NCBI GenBank assembly: GCA_030648155.1
Contig: JAUSIK010000008.1
Span: forward strand, 136,495 to 200,494
Origin: Nanobdellota archaeon
GTDB taxonomy: Archaea; Nanobdellota; Nanobdellia; Pacearchaeales; GW2011-AR1
DNA length: 64,000 nt
Reading direction: 5' to 3'
The notes under the pieces were generated by a model. It did no database searches. It was not told the DNA's origin and saw only the letters and a program-made list of their open reading frames with translations. The translations under genes were made by a program, and so were the position numbers. Below, in pieces: positions 9,985 to 19,191 of this stretch (positions are counted from its first letter, which is position 1; the number at the start of each line of letters is the position of its first letter).

Positions 9985-10830
9985 TTAAGCTTCCCCTCTT
10001 CTTAATCTATCTAATTCGTCCTTATCCTGTCTTAATCTATTTTCAGCCTCTTTAATCTTCTCTTTATTTTTAAGCATTCTTATCTCTCTTTGAGCTTCTT
10101 CGAGTCTTTTCTCTACCTTATGAATATCAGAATAACTTTGTTCCTGCACTACGGAATTACTATTGTGACTGCCTGAAAAATGATGTGTTGGTGGAGAAGG
10201 TATCCCTGTGCTGAAATGAGAGCTTCTCCAAACAAATAAGACTGCAACTATTACTATAAGCAATAATCCAATTCCCCCATAAATCATCCATGAAAAGAAA
10301 TCTCCATCACTATGAGATATTACTCCTCCAGTAGCAGGTTGATTTACTTCACCGCTCTTATTCTCTTCCTTAACTGTTTCTTTAACTGCCTCTTCTGTTT
10401 TTTCTTCAGCTGCAGGAATAGTAGTATTAGCATCAATTGCAGAATCATTAACTTCAGCTTCTTTTATTTCTCCAGTAGTTGAATCAGAATATTCTCCATT
10501 CTGCTCATCAAAATCATACCTAATATAAATAGGGTCTCCTGCTTTATAATCCTCAAATTTATAAGGATCTAAAACATTTTTACCATCCTTGGTAATTTTG
10601 ATCATTACATCAATTTTAGACTTGTCAGAAGAATGGGTAACTTGAACAATTCCTGAACTATCAGATACTTTATGAAAGCTATCTATAGAGGCCGGCTGTC
10701 CAGATGAATAAATAAACACACCAACCTTATGGTCAGCTAATGTTTTAACCTTAATATCGGTGCTGACAGCATTGGCAAAACTTAATATTAGAATTAAAAT
10801 AAATAAGCTAAAAATTATCTTCTTCACCAT
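9985..10830 (-). CDS. secreted, membrane-anchored protein with C-terminal coiled coil
   Basis: N-terminal signal-like MVKKIIFSLFILILILSFANA. TM segment WMIYGGIGLLLIVIVAVLFVW. Charged heptad-like tail. Confidence 0.55.
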   Translation of the reverse strand: MVKKIIFSLFILILILSFANAVSTDIKVKTLADHKVGVFIYSSGQPASIDSFHKVSDSSGIVQVTHSSDKSKIDVMIKITKDGKNVLDPYKFEDYKAGDPIYIRYDFDEQNGEYSDSTTGEIKEAEVNDSAIDANTTIPAAEEKTEEAVKETVKEENKSGEVNQPATGGVISHSDGDFFSWMIYGGIGLLLIVIVAVLFVWRSSHFSTGIPSPPTHHFSGSHNSNSVVQEQSYSDIHKVEKRLEEAQREIRMLKNKEKIKEAENRLRQDKDELDRLRRGEA

Positions 10831-10929
10831 TTTTCCTCTTTTTTAATGATATAACTAATATTTCGTCCTTTATAAAATTTTTTATTGAAAAATATATAAA
10901 TTAAAAAACAAAAAAAAGCCTATTTTGGT

Positions 10930-11079
10930 TTATTCTTCTGAAGATTCCAATTCCTTTATTCTTTCGCTTACGCCTTTAGATTCATTTTCAAGTGCTTCTT
11001 TATATTCTTGAAGCATTTCTATTTTCTCTATCTTAGTAAAAAAACCTCTACTAGGCGTGCAGTATGCTCCGCAGTTCAT
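10930..11079 (-). CDS. 49-aa DUF5320-like coiled-coil protein
   Basis: Hand-translated: MNCGAYCTPSRGFFTKIEKIEMLQEYKEALENESKGVSERIKELESSEE*. AGGAGG lies upstream. It is divergent from padR. The family call is from memory of the C-terminal EMLxE...ELE pattern. Confidence 0.4.
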   Translation of the reverse strand: MNCGAYCTPSRGFFTKIEKIEMLQEYKEALENESKGVSERIKELESSEE

Positions 11080-11105
11080 TTTTTCTACCTCCTTTCATTG
11101 TATGA

Positions 11106-11123
11106 ATATCGCACATACGATAT
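11106..11123. promoter_or_regulatory. palindromic operator ATATCG-N6-CGATAT (site 1, upstream of the 49-aa gene)
   Basis: Sequence atatcgcacatacgatat. One of three copies of the same 6-N6-6 palindrome within about 1 kb. Confidence 0.5.
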
Positions 11124-11146
11124 ATAAAATCCAAGTATATTTAAAT

Positions 11147-11164
11147 ATATCGGTTATACGATAT
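11147..11164. promoter_or_regulatory. palindromic operator ATATCG-N6-CGATAT (site 2, between the TATA box and padR start)
   Basis: Sequence atatcggttatacgatat, directly downstream of atatttaaatat and 39 nt upstream of the padR ATG. Confidence 0.5.
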
Positions 11165-11202
11165 ATAGAAAAGTTATTAAAGTAGAATTGTGAATCTATC
11201 TT

Positions 11203-11496
11203 ATGGGAAAAGAAGATTGTTGCGATATGCGTGGAATGCTTTCATTTTTAATTTTATTCCTTATTTCAAAAAAACCTATGCATGGACAAGATATTACTGA
11301 AGAAATAGGAAAAAGAAAAGGATCAAAACCAAGTCCAGGCACAATATACCCTGCATTAAAGGGTCTAAAAGATAATTCATTTATCAAAGAGAAAAAAGAA
11401 GGAAAGAACATAGTTTATTCACTTACAAAAGAAGGAGAACAAGCTCTTAAAAATGCAAGGCAATTGTTTTGCAGAACATTTCAAGATATATTTTAA
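11203..11496 (+). CDS. PadR-family transcriptional regulator
   Basis: LSFLILFLISKKPMHGQDITEEI...SPGTIYPALKGLKDNSFI is the typical PadR wHTH pattern. Confidence 0.8.
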   Translation: MGKEDCCDMRGMLSFLILFLISKKPMHGQDITEEIGKRKGSKPSPGTIYPALKGLKDNSFIKEKKEGKNIVYSLTKEGEQALKNARQLFCRTFQDIF

Positions 11497-12104
11497 AATC
11501 CTATAACTTCTGGAACTAAAACAAGGTTTATTCTATTAGGTTTAATTTCTTTATTAATAATTAAAACTTTATTAACACTGCTTCCCAAAACACCATAAGC
11601 CTTTCTTGCTCTCTCACTTTCTAAAACTAAAGAATGTTCATAAATTCTCTTAAATCCTTGATCCATATCTTTTACTATTTTATGCATACCAGCAACAAAA
11701 ATAACATTATTCGCCCCATAAACATATGCAGGAAGCTGACTCCCAGTATTAGAAGCAATCATTATTTTTCCATCTTCAGTAATAGCATGAACACTCCCAA
11801 CTGCCCAATTAGGCGCAGCACCTAGTTTCTGCATTTCATCATTTTGAGTTTTTCTATCCATTTTATCCAGTTTCTTTCTGACAGAATCATAATTTCCAGA
11901 ATTATTAATTTCTGTTGATATTCCTAAAGTATCTAATGTAACTGAAGTCATAGTCATAACCTCTGCCCCTACTGGAATAATATTGAAAACAATTTTCTTG
12001 GCATCATCAGAATTTTTGGCAATATGTACATTAATCCCATTATCCTTCAGAGCAGTAACTGTCTTATCAATTACATTTTTAGAAGATATTTTTATGTAGT
12101 CCAT
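11493..12104 (-). CDS. LUD-domain (LutC/YkgG-like) protein
   Basis: 203 aa. The overall pattern (N-terminal alpha/beta, GAEVMTMTSVTL, IASNTGSQL) resembles DUF162/LUD proteins. By eye only. Confidence 0.45.
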   Translation of the reverse strand: MDYIKISSKNVIDKTVTALKDNGINVHIAKNSDDAKKIVFNIIPVGAEVMTMTSVTLDTLGISTEINNSGNYDSVRKKLDKMDRKTQNDEMQKLGAAPNWAVGSVHAITEDGKIMIASNTGSQLPAYVYGANNVIFVAGMHKIVKDMDQGFKRIYEHSLVLESERARKAYGVLGSSVNKVLIINKEIKPNRINLVLVPEVIGF

Positions 12105-12134
12105 AATTGAAATAATTAAGCTTTCTATTTAAAC

Positions 12135-12152
12135 ATATCGGTCATCCGATAT
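12135..12152. promoter_or_regulatory. palindromic operator ATATCG-N6-CGATAT (site 3, upstream of the LUD-domain gene)
   Basis: Sequence atatcggtcatccgatat, adjacent to gtttaaatag (minus strand) and 31-48 nt upstream of the start at 12104. Confidence 0.5.
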
Positions 12153-12319
12153 GTATCATTTTAAAAAATAGCGGGAAATGTACCCGCCCTCCAGCAATGA
12201 GATTTTCATTCATTTTCAAAGCTTTAATTATATATATGATCATTTATTAATCAGTTATTAAATAAAACTCCATATTGGTTCTCCATAAAATTTAAAAACT
12301 TAGCATTTAGATATCTTCT

Positions 12320-13027
12320 ATGACGTATTTCTACTTAGTACCTCAATCCTTTCTAAAATTCAGTATTTTAATGCAGATAATTTTTGCATTGGTAGCATTG
12401 TCAGTCTCTTATTTTTCCCTGAAAATCTATAAAATTTCAAGGCAGAGAGAAATAAAACTTTTTGGCATTTCATTCATACTTATTGCCCTTTCCTATGTCA
12501 TATGGGCTGTAATCCATTCAGCCATCGCATATCCCTCTCTTATAGAATTTGCAAAAATAGCCACTGAAAATGTCTCAAGATTAGGAGGCATAGGAATGCT
12601 AGCTCATGTAATTTTATTCATAAGCGGTCTTATTACTCTCTCATATACTACTGTTAAAATAAAAAGCGGAAAAATATATTATCTACTATTAACACTTGGT
12701 ATAATCTCTCTAGTTGCTCCAATAATTGTTACAAGAATAATATTCGAACCTATAGCTTCAAGCGCAGTTTATAATTTGCTTATAACTTCTAGAATCCTCT
12801 CAATATTCTTCCTAATTTTTATTATTTACAATTATTTTGAGGAATACTCCAATAATAAGAACAAAAAAACATTACTTATCGGAATTGCTTTTTGCTTGCT
12901 TTTATTGAGTAATGCCGACTTCATATTCTCCCTCACATATTATCCAGCATATATCATGGGACATATATTAGAGTTTATAGCATATCTTTTTATCCTCATA
13001 AGCCTCCTTCTCACAATAAAAAAATGA
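12320..13027 (+). CDS. polytopic membrane protein (235 aa)
   Basis: About 7 hydrophobic helices. Its stop overlaps the start of the downstream wHTH gene (ATGA). Confidence 0.5.
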   Translation: MTYFYLVPQSFLKFSILMQIIFALVALSVSYFSLKIYKISRQREIKLFGISFILIALSYVIWAVIHSAIAYPSLIEFAKIATENVSRLGGIGMLAHVILFISGLITLSYTTVKIKSGKIYYLLLTLGIISLVAPIIVTRIIFEPIASSAVYNLLITSRILSIFFLIFIIYNYFEEYSNNKNKKTLLIGIAFCLLLLSNADFIFSLTYYPAYIMGHILEFIAYLFILISLLLTIKK

Positions 13028-13299
13028 ACAAGAAAAGAAGCCGTTTAGAAATTATAAGAGATATACTTGAAGTGATTAAAAGCAGAAATGGACGAATAAA
13101 GCCCACTCATATTTTATATAAGTCAAACTTGTCTTATGGCATGATGGAGGAGTATTTAGAAGAGTTGATAAAAAAAGAATTTGTTATAGAAATAAAAACA
13201 CCAAAAAATAAAACCTATTCCATCACTGAAAAAGGAAATAATTATCTCAATCAATATAAATTAATATCAGAATTTACCGATTCTTTTGGTTTAAATTAA
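13024..13299 (+). CDS. archaeal winged-helix DNA-binding protein (COG3432-like)
   Basis: RLEIIRDILEVIK...KPTHILYKSNLSYGMMEEYLEELIKKEFV...YSITEKGNNYL. Confidence 0.55.
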   Translation: MNKKRSRLEIIRDILEVIKSRNGRIKPTHILYKSNLSYGMMEEYLEELIKKEFVIEIKTPKNKTYSITEKGNNYLNQYKLISEFTDSFGLN

Positions 13300-13380
13300 A
13301 AATCTTGGCATCATATATATTAGAATAATCATTTCTGATCAACATATGGTTTATAAAACATTCAAATCAAACTAAAATAT

Positions 13381-14658
13381 ATGAAAAGAGAAAGATCAAA
13401 TGCAATAAGGTTAATATTCACTCTAACTTTATTGTTAATATTCATAGCCATTATAGCAAATTTAGCCGCAGCACAAGGATCTAAATTGTTATGTTTAACA
13501 AAAGGACAGACAGTTAAGTTCTCCCAGTGTAATCCAAATATGGAAGATAAAAAATGCGTTACAAGCTCCTGCCAATTATGTGTTAACGAAATAAGATCTG
13601 GAGTATATTGCCCGCAAAATATCAATGAATGCGACAGTGCTTGTGAAAAGTTTGAGGAACCAATACAAACATCGGATGAAAACCTTCCAAAAATAACCCT
13701 ATCAAACCCAATAAATAATCTTATTTTAGATAAACCTTCAAAAATTGATTTCTCATTCACAGTAACACAAGCCTTCTCCATTAATAAGTGTTCTCTCTTA
13801 ATTAATGGCAATTCTACCATATCCACACAAGCAAGAATTCAAAGCAAATCAATTATTTTGAGCCATACACTAAATGAAGGAGGGTATTCATGGAATATAG
13901 AGTGCACAACAAGAGATGGCAAAAATATTATCAAATCAGTTTCTAGAACCTTGATAATATCTCCTGCAAACGAACAAAACAACACTCAATTTTCAGAAAT
14001 TAATCTCCTTAGCCCAACAGATAATTTTACTTCACCATCAAAAAATTTAGTATTTAATTATACACTGCCGCAATTAATTTCAGCTTATTCCAGCTGTAAT
14101 CTTATAGTAGACAATAATACTGTTTTAACTTCTGCTAATCTATCAGAGACTATATTCTCTTACAGTCCAGGAGCAGGAACTCATAGTTGGTTAATTACAT
14201 GCAATAAAATAGATAATTCCAATATATCCTCTCAATTGAGAACTATGACGATTAGTGTCCCGCAAAATGATAATCAAAATGATAATCAAAATAATGGGGG
14301 CGGTGGAGGAGGAAGTATTACAATTAATAGTATAGTGGATAACAAAAAAGCACAATCAAAAAACAGCACTAATGTATCTTCATTGCCTATTGAAGAGTTA
14401 TCTCAAACTTCAGAAGATGAAGATGAAGAAATATTGCCAGAAGAAGAACCTATTGAAAAGAAATCTGAAAAAACTTTTAAATCTGCAATAACAGGGGCTG
14501 TTACAGGAGCGGTTTCTGCAGTTAAAAATAATAAAATGACAGCTATTATTTTTGTAGTTGTAATTTTAGCATTTTTTATGATGATAAATTTATCTAGAAA
14601 GAAAAAAGAAAATAAAAATATTAATACGATGATTAAAAGTCTAGTCACTATACCTTAA
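13381..14658 (+). CDS. secreted Cys-rich / Ig-like-repeat surface protein with C-terminal TM anchor
   Basis: Signal-like N-terminus. A Cys-rich module (CLTKG..CNPN..CVTSSCQLCV..C..C..C). Two similar roughly 100-aa repeats (SWNIECT / SWLITCN). An NDNQNDNQNNGGGGGG linker, an acidic stretch and a terminal TM. Confidence 0.55.
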   Translation: MKRERSNAIRLIFTLTLLLIFIAIIANLAAAQGSKLLCLTKGQTVKFSQCNPNMEDKKCVTSSCQLCVNEIRSGVYCPQNINECDSACEKFEEPIQTSDENLPKITLSNPINNLILDKPSKIDFSFTVTQAFSINKCSLLINGNSTISTQARIQSKSIILSHTLNEGGYSWNIECTTRDGKNIIKSVSRTLIISPANEQNNTQFSEINLLSPTDNFTSPSKNLVFNYTLPQLISAYSSCNLIVDNNTVLTSANLSETIFSYSPGAGTHSWLITCNKIDNSNISSQLRTMTISVPQNDNQNDNQNNGGGGGGSITINSIVDNKKAQSKNSTNVSSLPIEELSQTSEDEDEEILPEEEPIEKKSEKTFKSAITGAVTGAVSAVKNNKMTAIIFVVVILAFFMMINLSRKKKENKNINTMIKSLVTIP

Positions 14659-14724
14659 GAAAAATTTCACTTTTAAGAAAATTTATAAGCACCATTAACT
14701 TAAAAATTTTCTAAATAATTTAAA

Positions 14725-16053
14725 ATGTCTAACAAAACAAAAATAAAATTGACACTTTATTCCCTATATATAATTGGCCTTTTCATCATTCTAAATTATT
14801 GGTATAAAAACTCATTCTTCCTATTATTTGAAGGAACATCAGGCATTTTTCTAGCCCTAGGAAGAATTTCAGGCCTTCTTGCAGTTTACAGCATTTTGTT
14901 TCAACTTATGTTAATTGGAAGAATAAAATGGATTGAAAGAATATTTGGCCACGACAAATTATCTCAAGTTCACCATATAAACGGATTGTTTGTTTGGTTA
15001 TTTATTATGATACATCCGATTTTAATAATTACTAGTTATTCAATAGCAAATAAAGTCACCCCCATTGCCCAATTAAAAGATTTGATACTAAACTATCCAG
15101 GAATACCATTCGCATTTACTGCATATATAATATTTATGATATCTATTTTTATGTCTATTAATCTAATAAGAAAAAAAATAAAATATCAATACTGGTTAGG
15201 GATTCATCTATTCATATATATTGCGATTCTCTTAGCTTTTAGCCATCAATTAAAGCTCGGCGGAGATTTCAGCGATAATTTCATCATATTCTATTGGTAT
15301 TTTCTTTATGGATTTGTTATTGCCAATTTTACTATATTTCGACTAGTTATTCCGCTCTATACCTCATATAAGCAAGATTATACGCTTGAAAAAATAGTTA
15401 AAGAAAATTACAACGTTCATTCCTTCTATATTAAAGCTAGAGATAAATCAAAATTAAACATTCAAGGAGGGCAATTTATGATTTTTAGGTTCCTCGCAAA
15501 AGGATTCTGGCACGAAGCACATCCTTTTTCAATTTCACATCCAAATTTAAATAATGAAATAAGGATTACCGTAAAATCTGTGGGAGATTTTACTTCCTCT
15601 ATAACTAGCCTAAAACCAGGCACTAAAATTATTATTGAAGGGCCATATGGCGTATTTACTAAAGAAAAAACTTCAAATAATAAATTGTTATTTATAGCAG
15701 GAGGAATAGGAATAACTCCTCTAAGAAGCATCTTAGAAGAAATCTCAAAAAATAAAGATAATATATTAATCTATTCCAACAAAACTAAAGAAGACATCGT
15801 ACTTCAAAAAGAACTAGATTCTCTGTCTAATAATGGAAAATTAAAAATACATTATTGGATAACCGAAGATCCATCTAAATCCAAATCAAAATTCCTGGAC
15901 TTAAATTCGATAAAAAATTTAGTTTCCGATATTCAAGAAAGGGATGTCTATATTTGCGGTCCCCCTCCAATGATGAAGTCTTTGAGAATACAGTTAATCT
16001 CATACGGAATCCCAAAACAACGCATTTATTATGAGAAATTTTCATTAGGCTAA
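14725..16053 (+). CDS. ferric-reductase/NOX-like flavocytochrome (TM heme domain + FAD/NAD(P)H domain)
   Basis: Six TM helices with paired His (HHINGL..MIHPIL; HLFIY..SHQL). FAD motif HPFSIS. NAD motifs FIAGGIGITP and YICGPPPMM. Confidence 0.75.
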   Translation: MSNKTKIKLTLYSLYIIGLFIILNYWYKNSFFLLFEGTSGIFLALGRISGLLAVYSILFQLMLIGRIKWIERIFGHDKLSQVHHINGLFVWLFIMIHPILIITSYSIANKVTPIAQLKDLILNYPGIPFAFTAYIIFMISIFMSINLIRKKIKYQYWLGIHLFIYIAILLAFSHQLKLGGDFSDNFIIFYWYFLYGFVIANFTIFRLVIPLYTSYKQDYTLEKIVKENYNVHSFYIKARDKSKLNIQGGQFMIFRFLAKGFWHEAHPFSISHPNLNNEIRITVKSVGDFTSSITSLKPGTKIIIEGPYGVFTKEKTSNNKLLFIAGGIGITPLRSILEEISKNKDNILIYSNKTKEDIVLQKELDSLSNNGKLKIHYWITEDPSKSKSKFLDLNSIKNLVSDIQERDVYICGPPPMMKSLRIQLISYGIPKQRIYYEKFSLG

Positions 16054-16055
16054 AT

Positions 16056-16466
16056 TTATTCTACAATTAAATTCCCTTTCATTCCATTCTTTCTATGTTG
16101 TCCAATACTGCAGTAATATTCAAAACTTCCTTTCTTATCCGCCGTAAATTCTATAAAAGAAGATTCTCCAGCATTAACTTTTTCTGTTGCCGCATTAAAT
16201 TCATCAACTTTCCAATCATGAAACCCTGTTGTACTCGTAAATTCAATCCTTACCTTGTCTCCCTGTTTAACTTTAATTTCAGGACTTTCAATTCCATTCA
16301 TCATAAATTTAAAGTTTTCTCCTGTCAAAACAAAAGTTTTAACATTCGAACCCTCAACTAGATTATCAGCAACAACGTTTCCTGTAATTTCTCCATCACT
16401 TAAGAAATAAAATCCACCTGCTAAAATTACCAAGGCGATAATAATCCACAAAACCTTTTTATTCAT
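16056..16466 (-). CDS. membrane-anchored cupredoxin (plastocyanin/amicyanin-like)
   Basis: Type-1 Cu ligand spacing: FHDW ... YYCSIGQHRKNGM (H...C-x4-H-x4-M). N-terminal TM anchor. Confidence 0.75.
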   Translation of the reverse strand: MNKKVLWIIIALVILAGGFYFLSDGEITGNVVADNLVEGSNVKTFVLTGENFKFMMNGIESPEIKVKQGDKVRIEFTSTTGFHDWKVDEFNAATEKVNAGESSFIEFTADKKGSFEYYCSIGQHRKNGMKGNLIVE

Positions 16467-16641
16467 GAACCCTTAAATAAATTACCCTTTATAAATTTTA
16501 TTACTATGTTAAGTCTAGTATACAACTTAATCTCCCCTATCATCCCAATCATAATTTAATCAGCCTCAAATTAACAATAATTAGAATTTATCGAATTTTA
16601 AATATTCAGTATTAAGTGTTTTTACATATTATTTCTAATTT

Positions 16642-16803
16642 TTACACTTGTCCAGTTTGACTAAATTTTCTCATTGCTTGTTCAAGAACAACTTGAGGTG
16701 CATATCCCTTTTTACTGCAAGCTTTCATAAAATCATCAAATGCAGCCTGATCCACATTAAAATCCAATTTTCTTTTCTTTGCCCCAGGAGGTGTTGCTGC
16801 CAT
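16642..16803 (-). CDS. 53-aa ribbon-helix-helix-like protein
   Basis: Hand-translated: MAATPPGAKKRKLDFNVDQAAFDDFMKACSKKGYAPQVVLEQAMRKFSQTGQV*. Beta-alpha-alpha pattern. It starts 32 nt downstream of the MutS-like gene on the same strand. Confidence 0.4.
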   Translation of the reverse strand: MAATPPGAKKRKLDFNVDQAAFDDFMKACSKKGYAPQVVLEQAMRKFSQTGQV

Positions 16804-16835
16804 TGTTTACTTAATTGTTATCCATTTATAAATAT

Positions 16836-18575
16836 TCACTTTGCAGAACCTTTATCCTCTTTATTAAGAAAATTATAAAGAAACTCGAAATAGTCTGTTT
16901 TGTAGGAATTAGCCATTTTCTTTACAATTAATTCAGGAGTTGAATTGGCAAGTCTTCCAATCACAGGATTATGATCTACAATAAGTTCATAGCGATCATC
17001 TAAACCCTTCGCCTCAATACCATCAACTCTGGCATATTTAGGAAGATTCTTTTGAATTTCTTTTCCTAAATGAGTAGCAATAACAAGGTAACAACCCTTT
17101 TTTATAAAAAAATCAGCAGTAGCGCATACAATAGATCCAGCGACACCAGGTTCAGTGACCGATTCAATTTCATCAGCCAAAATTAATGTCTTCTTCCCAG
17201 ACTTTATTTTTGACATTTGCAAAAGAAGAGTTTCAAAAGCCCCTTTATTGAGAGATCCTTTATTCTTTGCAAAATAGTATATCTCTGAAAATAAGGGTAA
17301 TTTTACATTCCCAAAAGTTGGAAACCCTATATGTAATAAGCTTACTAATTGAATAATATGCTCAAGTAAAGTAGTTTTCCCACCGCTATTTGCCCCTGTC
17401 AATATAGAACATTTTTCATTATCATTTAAATAAAAAGAAATGGGTTGCGCATTTTCTAAAAATAGATTTGAAGAATTTTCTATCAACAACTCTTCCCCTT
17501 CTACTGGATATTCCTTTGCCAGTGTAATATAATTAGAAATCCCGCATATAAAATCAGCCAAAAGAATCAAATCAGAAAGTCTCTCAAGCTTTTCAGGTAC
17601 TTTTCTCAATTTATCGGCACTCTTTTTTATATTTTCAGCAATACCAGTATGTTCTTTTGTATTTTGTTTATTTATTAATTCTTCAAGTTCCATTTCATCA
17701 ATTTCAACAGGAATACTTTTTGTATAAATATTTCCAGGCATTCCTGAATTAATTATTGCCTTTTTAACAACATTCATTAACTCATCAGGCATTGTACTTT
17801 TGCTAAGCATAGTAAACAATAATTCTCCTGATACTGTCAAGCTTTTAATTTCAATTGAGATTTCATTATTAATCTTTATTAGACTAACCTCTGCATCCTC
17901 TCTTTTTATCAATTTATTATTTCCATCATCTAAAAGCTCTAATAATTCATCCAATTCATTAATTATTTCATCAATTTCAGAACTTATTTTATTTTCCTTT
18001 AATACGTTAATGTTATCCTTCCAGCCAGATAATTGCTGTAAATACCTTTCTAAATAAACCTCATCAATAGAATTAATAAATACGACTTGAGGTAAATTCT
18101 CAAGCGCTCTAGAAAAATTTTCACAGTCTACAACCTGAACGATATCATAATCTTCTAAATAATCCAAATCATTTTGTGTAATTAGAAATTTAGTAGGGCA
18201 CCCAATCTTTTTTAATTCATTGAAGGTTTTTTCATCTTCAGTAACTGCAACAATTCCATATTTTGGATTCCACCATTTTTTTGGAAAATTTATCTTCCCC
18301 AAAAAGTCGCCATTTATTTTCGCATTAATTTCTCCAAAAAAGTCCTGTCTTTTTTTTACAACTTCAATACTCCCGCTAAAATCAAAAAAATTAAATAAAT
18401 TGCTAGTATCGGAAAAATGAAATCCAGAAGACAAGGTTGAAATTACCTTGTTGTGAATTATTTTGGCGTCTTTAGTTTTATATATGCTTTCCCCCTCAAT
18501 TTTTAATGGAGTTTTAACTCTATTGAAAGGCGATAATTTATTCTCTTTTATAAAATTTAAAAGCTCTTTTTTCAT
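16836..18575 (-). CDS. archaeal MutS-like ATPase (MutS domain V only; no mismatch-binding or Smr domain seen)
   Basis: Walker A GANSGGKTTLLEHI, Walker B LILADEIESVTEP, and ATHL after it. The N-terminal 380 aa are non-canonical and coiled-coil rich. Confidence 0.75.
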   Translation of the reverse strand: MKKELLNFIKENKLSPFNRVKTPLKIEGESIYKTKDAKIIHNKVISTLSSGFHFSDTSNLFNFFDFSGSIEVVKKRQDFFGEINAKINGDFLGKINFPKKWWNPKYGIVAVTEDEKTFNELKKIGCPTKFLITQNDLDYLEDYDIVQVVDCENFSRALENLPQVVFINSIDEVYLERYLQQLSGWKDNINVLKENKISSEIDEIINELDELLELLDDGNNKLIKREDAEVSLIKINNEISIEIKSLTVSGELLFTMLSKSTMPDELMNVVKKAIINSGMPGNIYTKSIPVEIDEMELEELINKQNTKEHTGIAENIKKSADKLRKVPEKLERLSDLILLADFICGISNYITLAKEYPVEGEELLIENSSNLFLENAQPISFYLNDNEKCSILTGANSGGKTTLLEHIIQLVSLLHIGFPTFGNVKLPLFSEIYYFAKNKGSLNKGAFETLLLQMSKIKSGKKTLILADEIESVTEPGVAGSIVCATADFFIKKGCYLVIATHLGKEIQKNLPKYARVDGIEAKGLDDRYELIVDHNPVIGRLANSTPELIVKKMANSYKTDYFEFLYNFLNKEDKGSAK

Positions 18576-18658
18576 CTAAAAAACTACCCTCCAGGCTTTT
18601 AAATATCTTCTATAGTCGAGTATAGCAAAATAAGTCTAAACAACATCCCAATATGGGT

Positions 18659-18690
18659 GCACTTCGATTCCTGTAAACGCCCAGACCAAG
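18659..18690 (-). repeat. relic copy of a tRNA-Ser 3' end (13 nt) plus about 20-nt trailer
   Basis: gcacttcgattcctgtaaacgcccagaccaag aligns with 9574..9606 (gcactccgattcctactttacgcccagaccagg) and shares acgcccagacca with 19191..19202. No T-loop or 5' tRNA part is adjacent. Confidence 0.6.
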
Positions 18691-18856
18691 ACTGACTTAA
18701 GTATGAATACTCTCTTTTTCTAAATATAAAGTTTTATTAGTAAAGAAAGGGCGTTGTCGTAAGTGTTTTACGCCCCAACCGTGCCAATATCAATGTTGAT
18801 AACGCCTTTTTTCTTGGTTTATCGAGGCTGTTTTGATATTTAAAGATAGCTATATT

Positions 18857-19117
18857 CTATAGTAATATTGGTAAAGTTAATATTATCCATATAAAAATAA
18901 AAATTCCTGTTAGAGTTAATCTAATAGTTTTATTATTCACAAAACCTAGCAATATTATTCCGATTGAAGGAAGCATATAAAATAATGCAATGAGCTCATC
19001 AAGAGAATTAGAATAAGATGTTGAAAAACCAATAATTAAAATAATTATACTTATAGCAAAAAGAATTCCTCCTTTAACACCATATTTTTTTAAATACATT
19101 TTTATTTCTTTATTCAA
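18857..19117 (-). CDS. small 3-TM membrane protein (86 aa)
   Basis: ORF with three hydrophobic helices. It lies inside the 0.5-kb insert between tRNA-Ser(GGA) and the relic 3' end. Confidence 0.4.
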   Translation of the reverse strand: MNKEIKMYLKKYGVKGGILFAISIIILIIGFSTSYSNSLDELIALFYMLPSIGIILLGFVNNKTIRLTLTGIFIFIWIILTLPILL

Positions 19118-19162
19118 TGAGCTAAATTACTTTATAAGTCTTTTTATGTTGAAAAGAATTTG

Positions 19163-19187
19163 CCAAAAAGGGCGTTCGCCTTTTTGG
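19163..19187. terminator. A5/T5-flanked hairpin directly 3' of tRNA-Ser(GGA)
   Basis: CCAAAAAGG-gcgttcg-CCTTTTTGG: a 9-bp stem and 7-nt loop, 5 nt from the tRNA end. Confidence 0.3.
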
Positions 19188-19191
19188 TTCA

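Noticed and set aside
13362-13826. 154-aa minus-strand ORF overlapping the start of the surface protein gene; similar antisense ORFs at 14403..14648, 15462..15731, 16095..16361, 17800..18057, 18220..18420, 43200..43763, 44932..45261.
   Set aside because: Each lies wholly inside a longer ORF with recognisable domains or signal/TM architecture on the other strand.
9594-18690. Reading the 9574..9606 / 18659..18690 similarity as att sites of a 9-kb island integrated in tRNA-Ser(CGA).
   Set aside because: The orientation is wrong for 3'-end integration, because the fragment lies 5' of the intact tRNA. The interval holds ordinary genes and no integrase. The relic fits better as the displaced end of the adjacent tRNA-Ser(GGA) locus.
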